Source of the DNA: Deltaproteobacteria bacterium
GTDB taxonomy: Bacteria; Desulfobacterota; Binatia; Binatales; Binataceae
Assembly (NCBI GenBank): GCA_021799495.1
Contig: JAJZAI010000002.1
Span: 84,968 to 148,967, forward strand
DNA: 64,000 nucleotides
Reading direction: 5' to 3'
Position numbers and translations under genes: made by a program. The notes beneath the pieces are model-generated. The model did no database searches. It saw only the letters and a program-made list of their open reading frames with translations, and had not been told where the DNA came from. The first letter of the stretch is position 1. Every line of letters begins with the position of its first letter. This document shows positions 10,256-19,656 of this stretch, one piece after another.

Positions 10256-11497
10256 TCAGGCGCGGGGCTTGAGGCGATAGCGCACCGGCATGTGCTTGAT
10301 GCCGCCGACGAAACTCGAGCGCATTCGCTGGATCGGCCCGTTCAGCTCGATCGCTTCGAGCCGTTCCGCCAACTGCCGGAACATCACCTGCAATTCCAGC
10401 CGCGCCAGGTTCGCGCCGAGGCAGAAGTGCTCGCCAATCCCGAACGCGATATGCGGATTCGGATTGCGGCCGATGTCGAATTCGTCGGGGTGGTCGAAGA
10501 CGGCCTCGTCGCGATTCGCCGACGGATAGATGAGGCAGAGCAGGTCGCCGGCGCGGATTTTTTGGCCGTTTAATTCCGTGTCCGCGACGGCTTCGCGGTT
10601 GAACTGAATCACCGGCGACGTCCAGCGCACGATCTCCTCGACCGCGTGCGGCACGAGCGACGGATCGGCCTTTAGCCGCCGCCACTGGTCGGGATGGTTG
10701 ATGAACGCGAAGAGGCCGCCGGTGGTGGCGTTGCGGGTGGTTTCGTTGCCCGCGATTATCAGCAGCGCGAAATAGGACATCAGCTCGAAAATCGGCAGCG
10801 GTTCGCCGTTCACCTTGCCGTTGGCGAGCGCGCTGGCCAGGTCGTCGCGCGGATTTTTGCGACGGTCTTCGACCAGCGCGTTGAAATACTGGAAGAACTC
10901 CATCCGCGCCAGCTCGAGCGTCTCCTTGACGGTATTGCTTCCGCCGTATTCCGGATCCGACGGCCCGATCATCATGTTGCTCAGCCGGAACATCGCGTCC
11001 CAATCCGAACGGGGAATGCCGAACATTTCCGCGATTACGGCGAGCGGCAGTTTGGCCGAGACGTCCAGCACGAAATCGCATTCCTCGCGGCCGACGAGGC
11101 CGTCGAGGACCTCAGTCGTGATGGTCTCGATTTGCTGCCGCAACACCTGCACGCCGCGCGGCGTGAAGCGGCGATTCACAACCCCGCGATAGGCGCCGTG
11201 CTCGGGCGGATTCATGTTGAGGAGCTGGCGCAGGATGCCCTCGTTGGGATCGGGCGCGCCCTCTTCGTCGATCGTCATGAACAGGCGCTGGATGCTTTTG
11301 AAAAGCGCGGGTTGGCGCGAGACTTCGACGATTTGCGCGTGGCCGGTGACCGCCCAGAAGGGATCGACGTTGGGCCGCTCGTAACGGTACACCGGCGCTT
11401 CCCGGCGCAGCAGCGCCCATTCCTGATGCGGATAGCCGCGGGAGACGTAGAGATCGGGATCGACGATATCGATCGTTTCGAGCTTGAGCGCGCTCAT
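10256..11497 (-). CDS. cytochrome P450
   Basis: Heme-binding loop FGIGEHFCLGANLARLE, ExxR motif, 413 aa. Confidence 0.95.
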   Translation of the reverse strand: MSALKLETIDIVDPDLYVSRGYPHQEWALLRREAPVYRYERPNVDPFWAVTGHAQIVEVSRQPALFKSIQRLFMTIDEEGAPDPNEGILRQLLNMNPPEHGAYRGVVNRRFTPRGVQVLRQQIETITTEVLDGLVGREECDFVLDVSAKLPLAVIAEMFGIPRSDWDAMFRLSNMMIGPSDPEYGGSNTVKETLELARMEFFQYFNALVEDRRKNPRDDLASALANGKVNGEPLPIFELMSYFALLIIAGNETTRNATTGGLFAFINHPDQWRRLKADPSLVPHAVEEIVRWTSPVIQFNREAVADTELNGQKIRAGDLLCLIYPSANRDEAVFDHPDEFDIGRNPNPHIAFGIGEHFCLGANLARLELQVMFRQLAERLEAIELNGPIQRMRSSFVGGIKHMPVRYRLKPRA

Positions 11498-11558
11498 GCG
11501 ATGCGATTACCTCTCGGCCGGTTTGATTTCATGGCGATCCGCCGCGGGCGCGGCGGTC

Positions 11559-11753
11559 CTATTTGTCAAGCACGCGAATCGCCTGGCGCGGACAAAGCCG
11601 CGCCGCGAGCTCAACCTTGCCGCGCAGCGACGCGGGCGGCTGTTCCTCGAGCACATAGCTTCGATCGTCGTCGCGCAGTTCGAAAATTCCCGGCGCCGCC
11701 TCGACGCAGCGGCCGTTGCCCTCGCAAAGATTATGATCAACGACAATTCTCAT
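11559..11753 (-). CDS. ferredoxin (single-cluster, P450-associated type)
   Basis: 64 aa, CEGNGRC...CP cysteine pattern; immediately upstream of and co-oriented with the P450. Confidence 0.85.
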   Translation of the reverse strand: MRIVVDHNLCEGNGRCVEAAPGIFELRDDDRSYVLEEQPPASLRGKVELAARLCPRQAIRVLDK

Positions 11754-11942
11754 CGTGGCTTCCCCATTGGCGCACAGATTCGCCGCCGCGCGCGCGACGA
11801 CGCCGCTCCGCGAACGGCCGCCGCCGGATGCTCCGACGATACTGGCGTCCGCGGCGCCTTCGCAATCAGGAACTTGCGGACGGCGTTCCCCGGTTCATTG
11901 AACATTTCGGGGAAATGGCGGCCGGCGAAGGCCCGGAGCGGA

Positions 11943-12335
11943 TTACTGCGACCAGCGGGTTACGTCGAATCCGTCGGGCAGTTCGACGAACATCACGCGG
12001 GCGGGACCGTCAATGACGCGGGTGGAGTGGCCGCGGCCGGTCAAATCGTCGGCGATAAAGGCCTGGCCGGCGCCGGCGCGGCGCCTTTGGCCATCGGTGG
12101 TCTCGACTTCGACCACGCCCGCCAGCACCATCACGATTTGCCGGGCGGGCGCATGATGCCACGGCTGGTCGAGTCCGGCCGGAAGTTCGACAAAGCGGAC
12201 GCCCGGCGAAGGCCATGCGTTCGATTGCAGCAGCGCCGTCCCGGAGGAGTTCGGGCGCGGCTGATCGATCGGAACTTCGATTTCCTGAAAGCGCGATTCG
12301 CCTTCAGGCGTGGCGTGAAATCGGATCAGCTTCAT
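11943..12335 (-). CDS. cupin domain protein
   Basis: Small beta-barrel protein with HH..G..E type cupin spacing; start at MKLIRF. Confidence 0.6.
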   Translation of the reverse strand: MKLIRFHATPEGESRFQEIEVPIDQPRPNSSGTALLQSNAWPSPGVRFVELPAGLDQPWHHAPARQIVMVLAGVVEVETTDGQRRRAGAGQAFIADDLTGRGHSTRVIDGPARVMFVELPDGFDVTRWSQ

Positions 12336-12378
12336 TCGGCGCTCCGGATGGCGCACAGTTCCGACGCGGCGCGCGCCG

Positions 12379-12930
12379 TCACTTCACCTTGAGTTTGTCG
12401 CCGGTCGCGGACGCGGGCGACGCGAAAGACGCATCCATTTTAGAGCCGGGCTCGTAATAGCGCCGCGCCCAAATTCCCGAATACGGCTCCTCGGCGGCCG
12501 GCATCCGCCATGTCGTGACTTTGGCCTTCGCGCGCGCGAGGCCGATCAGGGCGCGCGGCTGATCGCGCGTTTCGGTCAAATAGTAATCCGCCGAAGCTTC
12601 ATCGACATAGCGGCAGGCGATTCGCCGGTAAACGTCGTCCCATTTGCGATCCTCGCCGACCTCGAACAGGATTTCCGCTTCGCCCTCGAAAAGCGCCTTG
12701 CGATAACGGCCCGTATCCTCGTCGATCGTGATCGCGACGCGCGGATCGCGCCGGATATTCGCGAGAAAGACGGAATGCTTGCGCGGCGTGATCAGCACGC
12801 GCCCGTCCTCGAAAATGAACCACACCGGCACGACGCCGGGCGCGCCCGACGATCCGATCGTCGCGATCCGCGCCAGATGGCCGCGCTCGGCGAGAAACCC
12901 GAGCAGTTCGCGTTCCGTAAGTTTCGGCAT
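12379..12930 (-). CDS. pyridoxamine 5'-phosphate oxidase family / PPOX-class F420-dependent enzyme
   Basis: N-terminal LAERGHLARIATIGSSGAPGVVPVWFIFEDGRVLITP typical split-barrel FMN/F420 fold. Confidence 0.75.
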   Translation of the reverse strand: MPKLTERELLGFLAERGHLARIATIGSSGAPGVVPVWFIFEDGRVLITPRKHSVFLANIRRDPRVAITIDEDTGRYRKALFEGEAEILFEVGEDRKWDDVYRRIACRYVDEASADYYLTETRDQPRALIGLARAKAKVTTWRMPAAEEPYSGIWARRYYEPGSKMDASFASPASATGDKLKVK

Positions 12931-12963
12931 CGTAAAATATATTCCGTTCCGGGATGCGGATGG

Positions 12964-13362
12964 CTATTTGCCGAAGGCGCGCGTCACCAGTTCCGTGTCG
13001 AGATACTCGGTCAATTCCCTGATTTTCCCATTCACGATGCGGAAGACGTGACAATAAGTATTGTTGTAATCGACGCCGTTCTTCGACCGCGCCTTGCCGT
13101 GCGCCTGCATCGCGACGTATTCGCCGTCGGCGATCAGATTGTCGGGCGTGAGCTCGATTCCGCCTTCGAGCTGCTGGGTAAGCGGATGGAGCAGGCGGTT
13201 TATCATGTCCTGCTTGCCGTTGTATATGCCCGAATACTTGCCCGTGCCGATAATCGTGTAGCGCACGTCGTCGGCGAAATTGCCGAGAAACCCTTCGGCG
13301 TCGCCCTTCGCCAGTTCCGCGAACATTCCGCGAATCATCTCTTTGTTTTCGGCTGCGCTCAT
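12964..13362 (-). CDS. SnoaL-like / NTF2-fold protein (ketosteroid-isomerase-like)
   Basis: 132 aa, EMIRGMFAELAKGDAEGFLGNFADDVRY typical SnoaL_2 N-terminus. Confidence 0.75.
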   Translation of the reverse strand: MSAAENKEMIRGMFAELAKGDAEGFLGNFADDVRYTIIGTGKYSGIYNGKQDMINRLLHPLTQQLEGGIELTPDNLIADGEYVAMQAHGKARSKNGVDYNNTYCHVFRIVNGKIRELTEYLDTELVTRAFGK

Positions 13363-13411
13363 CTTTGACCTCGATTTTGAAGAATCTCGAATACCGTGTG
13401 GGCTTCGCGGC

Positions 13412-14020
13412 TCATTCGCCCTTGCCGCGCCCCGCGATCAGCTGCTCGCGCGCGGCCGGCGATTCCGGATTTTTCAGCATATCGCTGAATTTCGCGCGCA
13501 GTTTCGCCATTTTCGGAGTGATTACATATTGGCAGTAGGGAGCTTCGGGATTGTTGCGATAATATTCGCGATGGTAATCCTCGGCCGGATAAAATCTTTC
13601 GAGCGGAGCGATCTGCGTAACCACCGGCCGGTCGGTGAATACCGATCGGTTCAATTCGGCTATAATCTCCTCGGACAGCCGCTTTTGATCCGGCGTCGTG
13701 TAAAGAATCGCCGACCGATACTCAGTGCCGACGTCGGCGCCCTGGCGATTGAGCGTGGTCGGGTCGTGGGTCGAGAAGAAAACGATCAGCAATTCCTGAA
13801 AGCCGATCGCCGCCGGATCGAACTCGACGCGGACCACTTCGGCGTGTCCGGTGCTTCCCGATCCCACCTCGCGATAGGTGGGATTCTCTTTGAATCCGCC
13901 GGCATAACCGGGCATCACCGCGACCACGCCGCGCAAGCGCTCGAACACCGCTTCCGTGCACCAGAAACATCCGCCGCCGAACACCGCGATTTCCGTATTG
14001 CCCATAACCGCCATCTTCAC
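13412..14020 (-). CDS. msrA: peptide methionine sulfoxide reductase MsrA
   Basis: Active site GGGCFWCTEAVF, full-length 202 aa. Confidence 0.92.
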   Translation of the reverse strand: MKMAVMGNTEIAVFGGGCFWCTEAVFERLRGVVAVMPGYAGGFKENPTYREVGSGSTGHAEVVRVEFDPAAIGFQELLIVFFSTHDPTTLNRQGADVGTEYRSAILYTTPDQKRLSEEIIAELNRSVFTDRPVVTQIAPLERFYPAEDYHREYYRNNPEAPYCQYVITPKMAKLRAKFSDMLKNPESPAAREQLIAGRGKGE

Positions 14021-14071
14021 GCTCGATCTTTATAGAACCGAAAGTTCCCCGGACGCCACGATTCGATCCCG

Positions 14072-15286
14072 CTATCCTTCGCACATCCCGCCGGAGATTT
14101 TGGCGATCTCCGATGGTCCGTAGCCAAGTTCCCGCAGGACCGCCGCGGTGTCGGCGCCGATATCCGGCGCGGGCGAAGGCTGGCGCTTGGTCACGCCGTT
14201 AACGAAAACGGGGCTGTTGACCGTTTCGAGCGATCCGACTCCGGGATAGTTCAGCTTCACGATCGCGCCGGCCGCGCGCATCTGCGAATCCTGAACGACG
14301 TCGTCGAGCCGCGGCAACGGCGCCCATTTGATATCGTTGGCCTTGAAAATCATCCGCCACTCGCTCAGGTCGCGGGTTTCGAACTGCGCCTGTAAAATCG
14401 CGTAGAGCGCCCCGGCGTTTTCGGCGCGCGCCTGGTTGGTCGCGAACAGATCGTTCGTCGCGAGCTCGGGCTGGCCGAACGTATGGCAAAGCCGCGGAAA
14501 CTCGTTGTCCGGATCGATTTGCACCAGCAGGAACATTTTGGCGTCGCGGCTCAGATAGACGGCGGTCAGCGGGTTCGGCGGATGTTTGTCGGCGCCGCGC
14601 TGCGGAAAGACCGCATTCAGCAATTTCGCCTGAATATCGCAGGCGTTGGCCCACGCTCCGCTGGCCATCAGCGAGGTCGTCACCCGCGAGCCTTTGCCGC
14701 TTCGCTCGCGCCGGTACAGCCCCAGCATGATCGCGCCGAACAGGGACATCGAGGTCGGATGGTCGCCGATGCCGGGACGGGGCGAACCCGGCGATCCGTC
14801 GGCCCCGGCGACGCCGGTCATCAGGCCGGACCGCGCCCAGTAGGCCAGGGCGTCGAAGGCGGGATCGTCGGCGTCTTCCCCGGCGTCGCCGTAGCCGGTC
14901 AGATGGGCGTAAATAAGGCGATCGTTGACCGCCGACAGGTCGTCCCATCCCAACCGGAATTTATCCAGCAAGGTTCGCTGATAATTCGTGACGAACACGT
15001 CGGCGGTGCGGACCAGCCGAATCAGCGCGTCGCGGCCTTCAGGCCGGCCAAGGTCGATCGCCACGCTCTTTTTGTTGCGGCTGGTGAGCACCGAGCACCA
15101 ATCGAGTTCGGATTTGGCGCTGCCCGGCAATCTGGAAAAGAGCCGCCAGAGGTCGCCGCCGCCCGGCCGCTCGATCTTGATGACTTCCGCGCCGAAGTCG
15201 GACATCACGGTGGCTGCGGCGGGGCCGGCGACATAAGTTCCGCAATCGATCACGCGCAGTCCCGCAAACAAAGATTCTTCAGGCAT
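14072..15286 (-). CDS. CoA-transferase family III (CaiB/BaiF)
   Basis: N-terminal LRVIDCGTYVAGPAAATVMSDFGAEVIKIE signature, 404 aa. Confidence 0.9.
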   Translation of the reverse strand: MPEESLFAGLRVIDCGTYVAGPAAATVMSDFGAEVIKIERPGGGDLWRLFSRLPGSAKSELDWCSVLTSRNKKSVAIDLGRPEGRDALIRLVRTADVFVTNYQRTLLDKFRLGWDDLSAVNDRLIYAHLTGYGDAGEDADDPAFDALAYWARSGLMTGVAGADGSPGSPRPGIGDHPTSMSLFGAIMLGLYRRERSGKGSRVTTSLMASGAWANACDIQAKLLNAVFPQRGADKHPPNPLTAVYLSRDAKMFLLVQIDPDNEFPRLCHTFGQPELATNDLFATNQARAENAGALYAILQAQFETRDLSEWRMIFKANDIKWAPLPRLDDVVQDSQMRAAGAIVKLNYPGVGSLETVNSPVFVNGVTKRQPSPAPDIGADTAAVLRELGYGPSEIAKISGGMCEG

Positions 15287-15411
15287 TTCCCCGTACTCCC
15301 GAAGCGATGGATCGCTTTCAGGCTCTAATACAGGCGCTGCGGGACCGCAAGGCGCGGTCGCTCAGGACGGATCGGATTGGCTTTCGATAATTCGAGATAA
15401 TTAGCGCTAAT

Positions 15412-16857
15412 TTATGCTTTCAGCGCCTCGATAACTCGTTCCATCGCCAGCCCGCGCGATCCTTTGACCAGCAGAATATCGCCCGGACGAACGATCGGGC
15501 TGACGATCTCGCCGGCGGCGCCGCTGTCCGGAACGGTTGCGACGATCGGCGCGATCGCCTTGCGTCCGGCCACGCCCAGCCGCGCGAGCGCCGCGCCAAA
15601 TTCCGGCCCGGCCAGCACCACGGCGTCCGCACGCGCCTCGCGCAGGTCCGCCAGCGCGCCGCTGTGCATCGACGGCGACAGTTCGCCCAGTTCGAGCATA
15701 TCGCCCATCGCGACGAGCAGCCGTCCGCCGAGGCTGTCGGCGGTCTCGCGCGCCGCCGCGAGCGCGACCCGCACCGACCGCGGATTGGCGTTGTAGGTGT
15801 CGTCGATAACCACCACACCGCCAATCGTTCGCGTCGCCAGCCGGCCGGAGACCGGCTCGACCGCGCCGAGCGCGCGCGCTATCGCGGCGAGCTGCTCGCG
15901 TCCGAGCGGACGGCCAAAAGCCGCGACCGCCGCCGCGACCGCCGCCGCGCAATTCGTCGCGGCCGCGGCGCCAAGCAGGCCGATATTCGCCTCCAGCGAT
16001 GGCTCGACGCCCGGAGCGGCCAGCGTTCGGCCTAAAGCGAGCGCGATCCGTTGACGGCCGGGCGCGATCACGGCGCGGCTGACCAGTCGCAGGTCGGCGC
16101 CGGCGTCCGCGCCGAAGGTCATTTGTTCAAGGCCGTGCGGGACCCTTGAGGCGATCAGATTCTCCGCCGGCGAAAAGACCGCGATCCGCGCGGTCGAAAA
16201 GAGCGCCGCTTCCTCGTCGGCGACGCCTTCGAGCGAGCCAAGGCCTTCGGTGTGTTCGATATCGGCATTGAGCACAAGCGCGACGTCGGGCTCGACGATC
16301 GCGGCGAGGCGCGCGATTTCACCGGCCCGATTGGTTCCGCATTCCAGCACCGCTGCGCGTTCGGCGCCGCTGAGCGTAAGAATCGTCATCGGCACGCCGA
16401 TCAGATTGTTGAGATTGCCCGGCGTCGCCAGAATTTCTCCGAACAGCGCGCGGGCGGCGGCCGACGCCAGTTCTTTCGTGGTGGTTTTGCCGGCCGCGCC
16501 GCCGATCGCGATCACCGGCGAATTGTGCCGGCCGCACACGCGATGCAGATGGAAATGGGCGAGCGCGCCGAGCGCCGCGAGCGTGTCGCCGGTCTCGAAA
16601 CAGGGCAGGCCCGCGATCGCGCGGCCGCGTTCCACGATCGCGGCCGCGGCTCCTCGCCGCGCCGCCGCGGCGAGGAATTCATGGCCGTCGCGCACGCCGC
16701 GCAAGGCGACGAACAGCGCCCCCGCTTCGAGCGAGCGCGTATCGATGCTTACGCCGGCGGTTGCCGCGGCGCAGCCCGGCGGCGCTTCAGCTCCGATCGC
16801 GCGAATAATCTCCGCGGTCGTGAAACGGCATCGGTTCAGCGGTATCGGCGTGGCCAT
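15412..16857 (-). CDS. murF: Mur ligase family, UDP-MurNAc-tripeptide--D-Ala-D-Ala ligase-like
   Basis: ATP-binding P-loop IGGAAGKTTTKE, MurF-type N-terminal and C-terminal domains; start at MATPIPL (ORF extends to 16902); not embedded in a dcw cluster. Confidence 0.8.
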   Translation of the reverse strand: MATPIPLNRCRFTTAEIIRAIGAEAPPGCAAATAGVSIDTRSLEAGALFVALRGVRDGHEFLAAAARRGAAAAIVERGRAIAGLPCFETGDTLAALGALAHFHLHRVCGRHNSPVIAIGGAAGKTTTKELASAAARALFGEILATPGNLNNLIGVPMTILTLSGAERAAVLECGTNRAGEIARLAAIVEPDVALVLNADIEHTEGLGSLEGVADEEAALFSTARIAVFSPAENLIASRVPHGLEQMTFGADAGADLRLVSRAVIAPGRQRIALALGRTLAAPGVEPSLEANIGLLGAAAATNCAAAVAAAVAAFGRPLGREQLAAIARALGAVEPVSGRLATRTIGGVVVIDDTYNANPRSVRVALAAARETADSLGGRLLVAMGDMLELGELSPSMHSGALADLREARADAVVLAGPEFGAALARLGVAGRKAIAPIVATVPDSGAAGEIVSPIVRPGDILLVKGSRGLAMERVIEALKA

Positions 16858-16961
16858 CCGGATTCCTCGCGGCGCTGGTTCGCGGTCCGCGTTGCTTGAC
16901 AACGCCGCCGCCGCTCTTCAGCTTCATTCGATTGTAGCAACAAGCATGGAGGCTGGATCGA

Positions 16962-17456
16962 ATGGCGACGAGTGAAACGCCGCGCGTCGGCGTAATCATG
17001 GGCAGCAAGAGCGATTGGGAGTACATGTCGGCCGCGGCCGAGGTCATGGCCGAGCTCAAGATCGCGCACGAATGCCGTGTGCTGTCCGCCCATCGCACGC
17101 CCGACTTGACGCTCGAATACGCCGCCGGCGGCGCGGCGCGCGGCCTCAAGGTGATAATCGCCGGCGCGGGCGGCGCGGCGCATCTGGCGGGCGTCGTCGC
17201 GGCCAAGACTCTGCTGCCCGTGATCGGCGTGCCGATGCCGACCACGAGCCTCAACGGGATGGATTCGCTGCTGTCGATCGTGCAGATGCCGAAAGGCATT
17301 CCGGTCGCCACGATGGCGATCGGCAAGGCGGGCGCCGCCAATGCCGGATTGTTCGCCGCCGCCATTTTGGCGCTTGAAGATTCCGCGCTGGCCGAACGGA
17401 TCGCGGCGTGGCGGGCGGGCCGCGTCAAGGAATTGCTGGAGCAGAAACTGCCCTGA
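16962..17456 (+). CDS. purE: 5-(carboxyamino)imidazole ribonucleotide mutase
   Basis: VGVIMGSKSDWEYM and GAGGAAHLAGVVAAKTLLPVIGVP motifs, 164 aa. Confidence 0.95.
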   Translation: MATSETPRVGVIMGSKSDWEYMSAAAEVMAELKIAHECRVLSAHRTPDLTLEYAAGGAARGLKVIIAGAGGAAHLAGVVAAKTLLPVIGVPMPTTSLNGMDSLLSIVQMPKGIPVATMAIGKAGAANAGLFAAAILALEDSALAERIAAWRAGRVKELLEQKLP

Positions 17457-17530
17457 ATCGCGGATGCGAAGCGCAGGCGTCCGCGCCCGCGCGCGTTGCG
17501 CCCGGAGCGCGTCCGCGATGTAATTGAACG

Positions 17531-18397
17531 GTGATGAAACCTTGTCTCGCAGGAGCGCTGGCCGCATGCGCGATTCTGATGGCGTTCGCGCCGCCGGCGC
17601 GAGCGATCGATCTGCGCAAGGCCGGCAAACTCTCGATTCCGGCGAACGCCGAGGTGGTGCCGTTTTCCACCGATCCGACGGTCGCGATGGTGCTGCGTCA
17701 GGACTTTCATGCCGAACGGCGGTCGGCGTCCGCGACGGCGGCCACGCCGGTGACCCTGACGGTTTCGATTATCGAACAGCCGCTCAAGCCGGGCGTTTCG
17801 CTCGAAGACCTTGCGCCGGGCGATCCCGATGTGCCGAAACTGCTCAAGGAGGCGGGTGAAACGCCGCCGCCTCTCGGCGATACCGGCGTCGCGCCCGATC
17901 AAGCCGCCGTCGCCCGCCTGCGCGCGCAACAGACGGTCCCGCCCGACACCATCACTCAATCCGAACAGGCCGCGAACGCGATGGGCGGACCGTTCGCGTG
18001 GGCTGGTCCGATGATGGCTGGTCCGATGATGGCCGGTCCAATGATGGGCGTGCCGATGATGGGGGCGCCGATGATGGGCGCGGCGCCCGCCGGCGGATGC
18101 CTGCCGGGAACCTATCCTTGCCTGCCGGCCGCCGCCGCGACGCCGCGGCCGCAGCCGGGCGATCCGGGCTACGTTGGCGATACGCAGGCGTATATGCAGC
18201 AAGGATCGGCGCTGAGCAATTTTCAGGGCGCTCAAGCCGACAACAATAACAACTATGACCGGGTGATAATCGCGCGCGCTTCGACCAGCGGCTCCGACGA
18301 CGAAATGACGGTGCTGGCCGTCGTCCATCCGGGCGAGGATCAGCGCGCCGCGAAGCGCCTGGTCGCCGAGGAGATCGCGAACGCCGTGCTGCAATAG
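17531..18397 (+). CDS. secreted hypothetical protein with Met-rich (GPMMA)5 tandem repeat
   Basis: Signal peptide MMKPCLAGALAACAILMAFAPPARA; central PFAWAGPMMAGPMMAGPMMGVPMMGAPMMGA stretch; no recognised domain. Confidence 0.7.
   Translation: MMKPCLAGALAACAILMAFAPPARAIDLRKAGKLSIPANAEVVPFSTDPTVAMVLRQDFHAERRSASATAATPVTLTVSIIEQPLKPGVSLEDLAPGDPDVPKLLKEAGETPPPLGDTGVAPDQAAVARLRAQQTVPPDTITQSEQAANAMGGPFAWAGPMMAGPMMAGPMMGVPMMGAPMMGAAPAGGCLPGTYPCLPAAAATPRPQPGDPGYVGDTQAYMQQGSALSNFQGAQADNNNNYDRVIIARASTSGSDDEMTVLAVVHPGEDQRAAKRLVAEEIANAVLQ
18005..18079. repeat. 5 copies of a 15-nt in-frame tandem repeat (ggtccgatgatggcN) encoding GPMMA
   Basis: Read directly: ggtccgatgatggct ggtccgatgatggcc ggtccaatgatgggc gtgccgatgatgggg gcgccgatgatgggc. 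Confidence 0.9.
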
Positions 18398-18418
18398 CGC
18401 CCGGCGCGCCGCCCGGCC

Positions 18419-19537
18419 TTACACCCGATAGAAGTTCCTCGCGTTCACCGAGAGGATTTTGTCGATCGATTCTTTCGGCAGCGCCGCAAGATATTCGCGC
18501 GCCTTGGCGACCGGATGGACGAAGCCCTCGGCGTGCGGATAGTCCGAGCCGATGAAAAACTTGTCGTCGCCGGCGAACTGCACGATATATTTGAACATCT
18601 TTTCTTCCGGGTCGCCGCTGACCCAGATATTGCGCGCGAAATATTCGCCGACCGGCCGCTTCATTTGCGACGTTCCGCCCATGTAGCGATAGCGGTAATC
18701 GACCCGCTCCAGCCATTCGCCAACCCATCCGACCATCGCTTCGACCGTGGCGACCCGCAAGCGCGGAAAGCGCTCGAACACCCCGTCCACGACCATCGTG
18801 GTCAGCGCCTGGCGCGGGTCCTGAATCAGGTTCATCGTGAAGTACATCAGGCCCGGCTTCGGCTCCTTGTACCACGCGCTGCCGGTGTAATGGCGGTGCG
18901 AAACCAGATGCAGGCCGATCGAGATGTCGAGTTCCTGCGCCGCCGCCCATACCGGATCGTAGTCCGGATGGCCGAAGCTGCGGCCGGCGATCGGCGCCGC
19001 CGAAACGAACGCGGTGCGGCATCCCAGTTTCGCCACGCGATTAAGTTCGGCGACCGCAAGGCCGGCGTCGCGCATCGAGATGTGCGCGGCGGGAAAGAGG
19101 CGGTCGCGATGGCCGCTGACGAGCTCAAAGGCCCATCGGTTGTACGCGCGGCAGAGCGCGTCGGCGAGGATCGGATCGTCGAGTTCGCCCTCCCAGATTA
19201 TGCCGATGCTCGGAAAGATGACCTGCGCGTCGATTTCCTCGCCGTCGAGGAAGCGGACGCGCGCGTCCATGTCCTGCCATTGCTCGCTGAACGCGCGATA
19301 GCGATCGAAACCTCCGATCTGCGCGCCGCCTTCTTTCTGTCCGTATCCGGAAAGCAGCCCCAGCACTTCTTCGACATCGCGCAGCTTCAGCGGACGGTTG
19401 TCGCAGAGCATCGCGCGCTTGCCGGTCGCGGGATCGGCGGCGAGCTTTACCGCGCGGTCGCGGAATTGGGGTTCGATATACCGCTCGAACATCTCGAGCG
19501 GCTCCATGAAATGGCTGTCGCCGTCGAACGCGCGCAT
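18419..19537 (-). CDS. amidohydrolase family 2 (ACMSD-like metal-dependent hydrolase)
   Basis: 372 aa; FDGDSHFMEP N-terminal metal ligands, HxH...D pattern of TIM-barrel amidohydrolase_2. Confidence 0.85.
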   Translation of the reverse strand: MRAFDGDSHFMEPLEMFERYIEPQFRDRAVKLAADPATGKRAMLCDNRPLKLRDVEEVLGLLSGYGQKEGGAQIGGFDRYRAFSEQWQDMDARVRFLDGEEIDAQVIFPSIGIIWEGELDDPILADALCRAYNRWAFELVSGHRDRLFPAAHISMRDAGLAVAELNRVAKLGCRTAFVSAAPIAGRSFGHPDYDPVWAAAQELDISIGLHLVSHRHYTGSAWYKEPKPGLMYFTMNLIQDPRQALTTMVVDGVFERFPRLRVATVEAMVGWVGEWLERVDYRYRYMGGTSQMKRPVGEYFARNIWVSGDPEEKMFKYIVQFAGDDKFFIGSDYPHAEGFVHPVAKAREYLAALPKESIDKILSVNARNFYRV

Positions 19538-19656
19538 CGCCGTCCCTCCGCATCGCGAATTTATGATCCGTTTAGCAAAACGGGCGCGTCACCGACAAAT
19601 TTACGAGCCTGTCGCGGCTTGGCCTGAGCGCGGGCGATGTCGGAGCGGACGACTTC

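Noticed and set aside
10110-12016. ORFs 10110..11081 (-), 10694..12016 (+) and 11484..12392 (+), 300-440 aa each
   Set aside because: They overlap the P450, ferredoxin and cupin genes in other frames or strands. They are Arg-rich and low-complexity. The P450 heme loop and ferredoxin Cys motif fix the real frames.
16787-18394. 535-aa minus-strand ORF spanning purE and the Met-repeat gene
   Set aside because: It crosses two plus-strand genes including the highly conserved purE. Its composition is RRRGRG-type.
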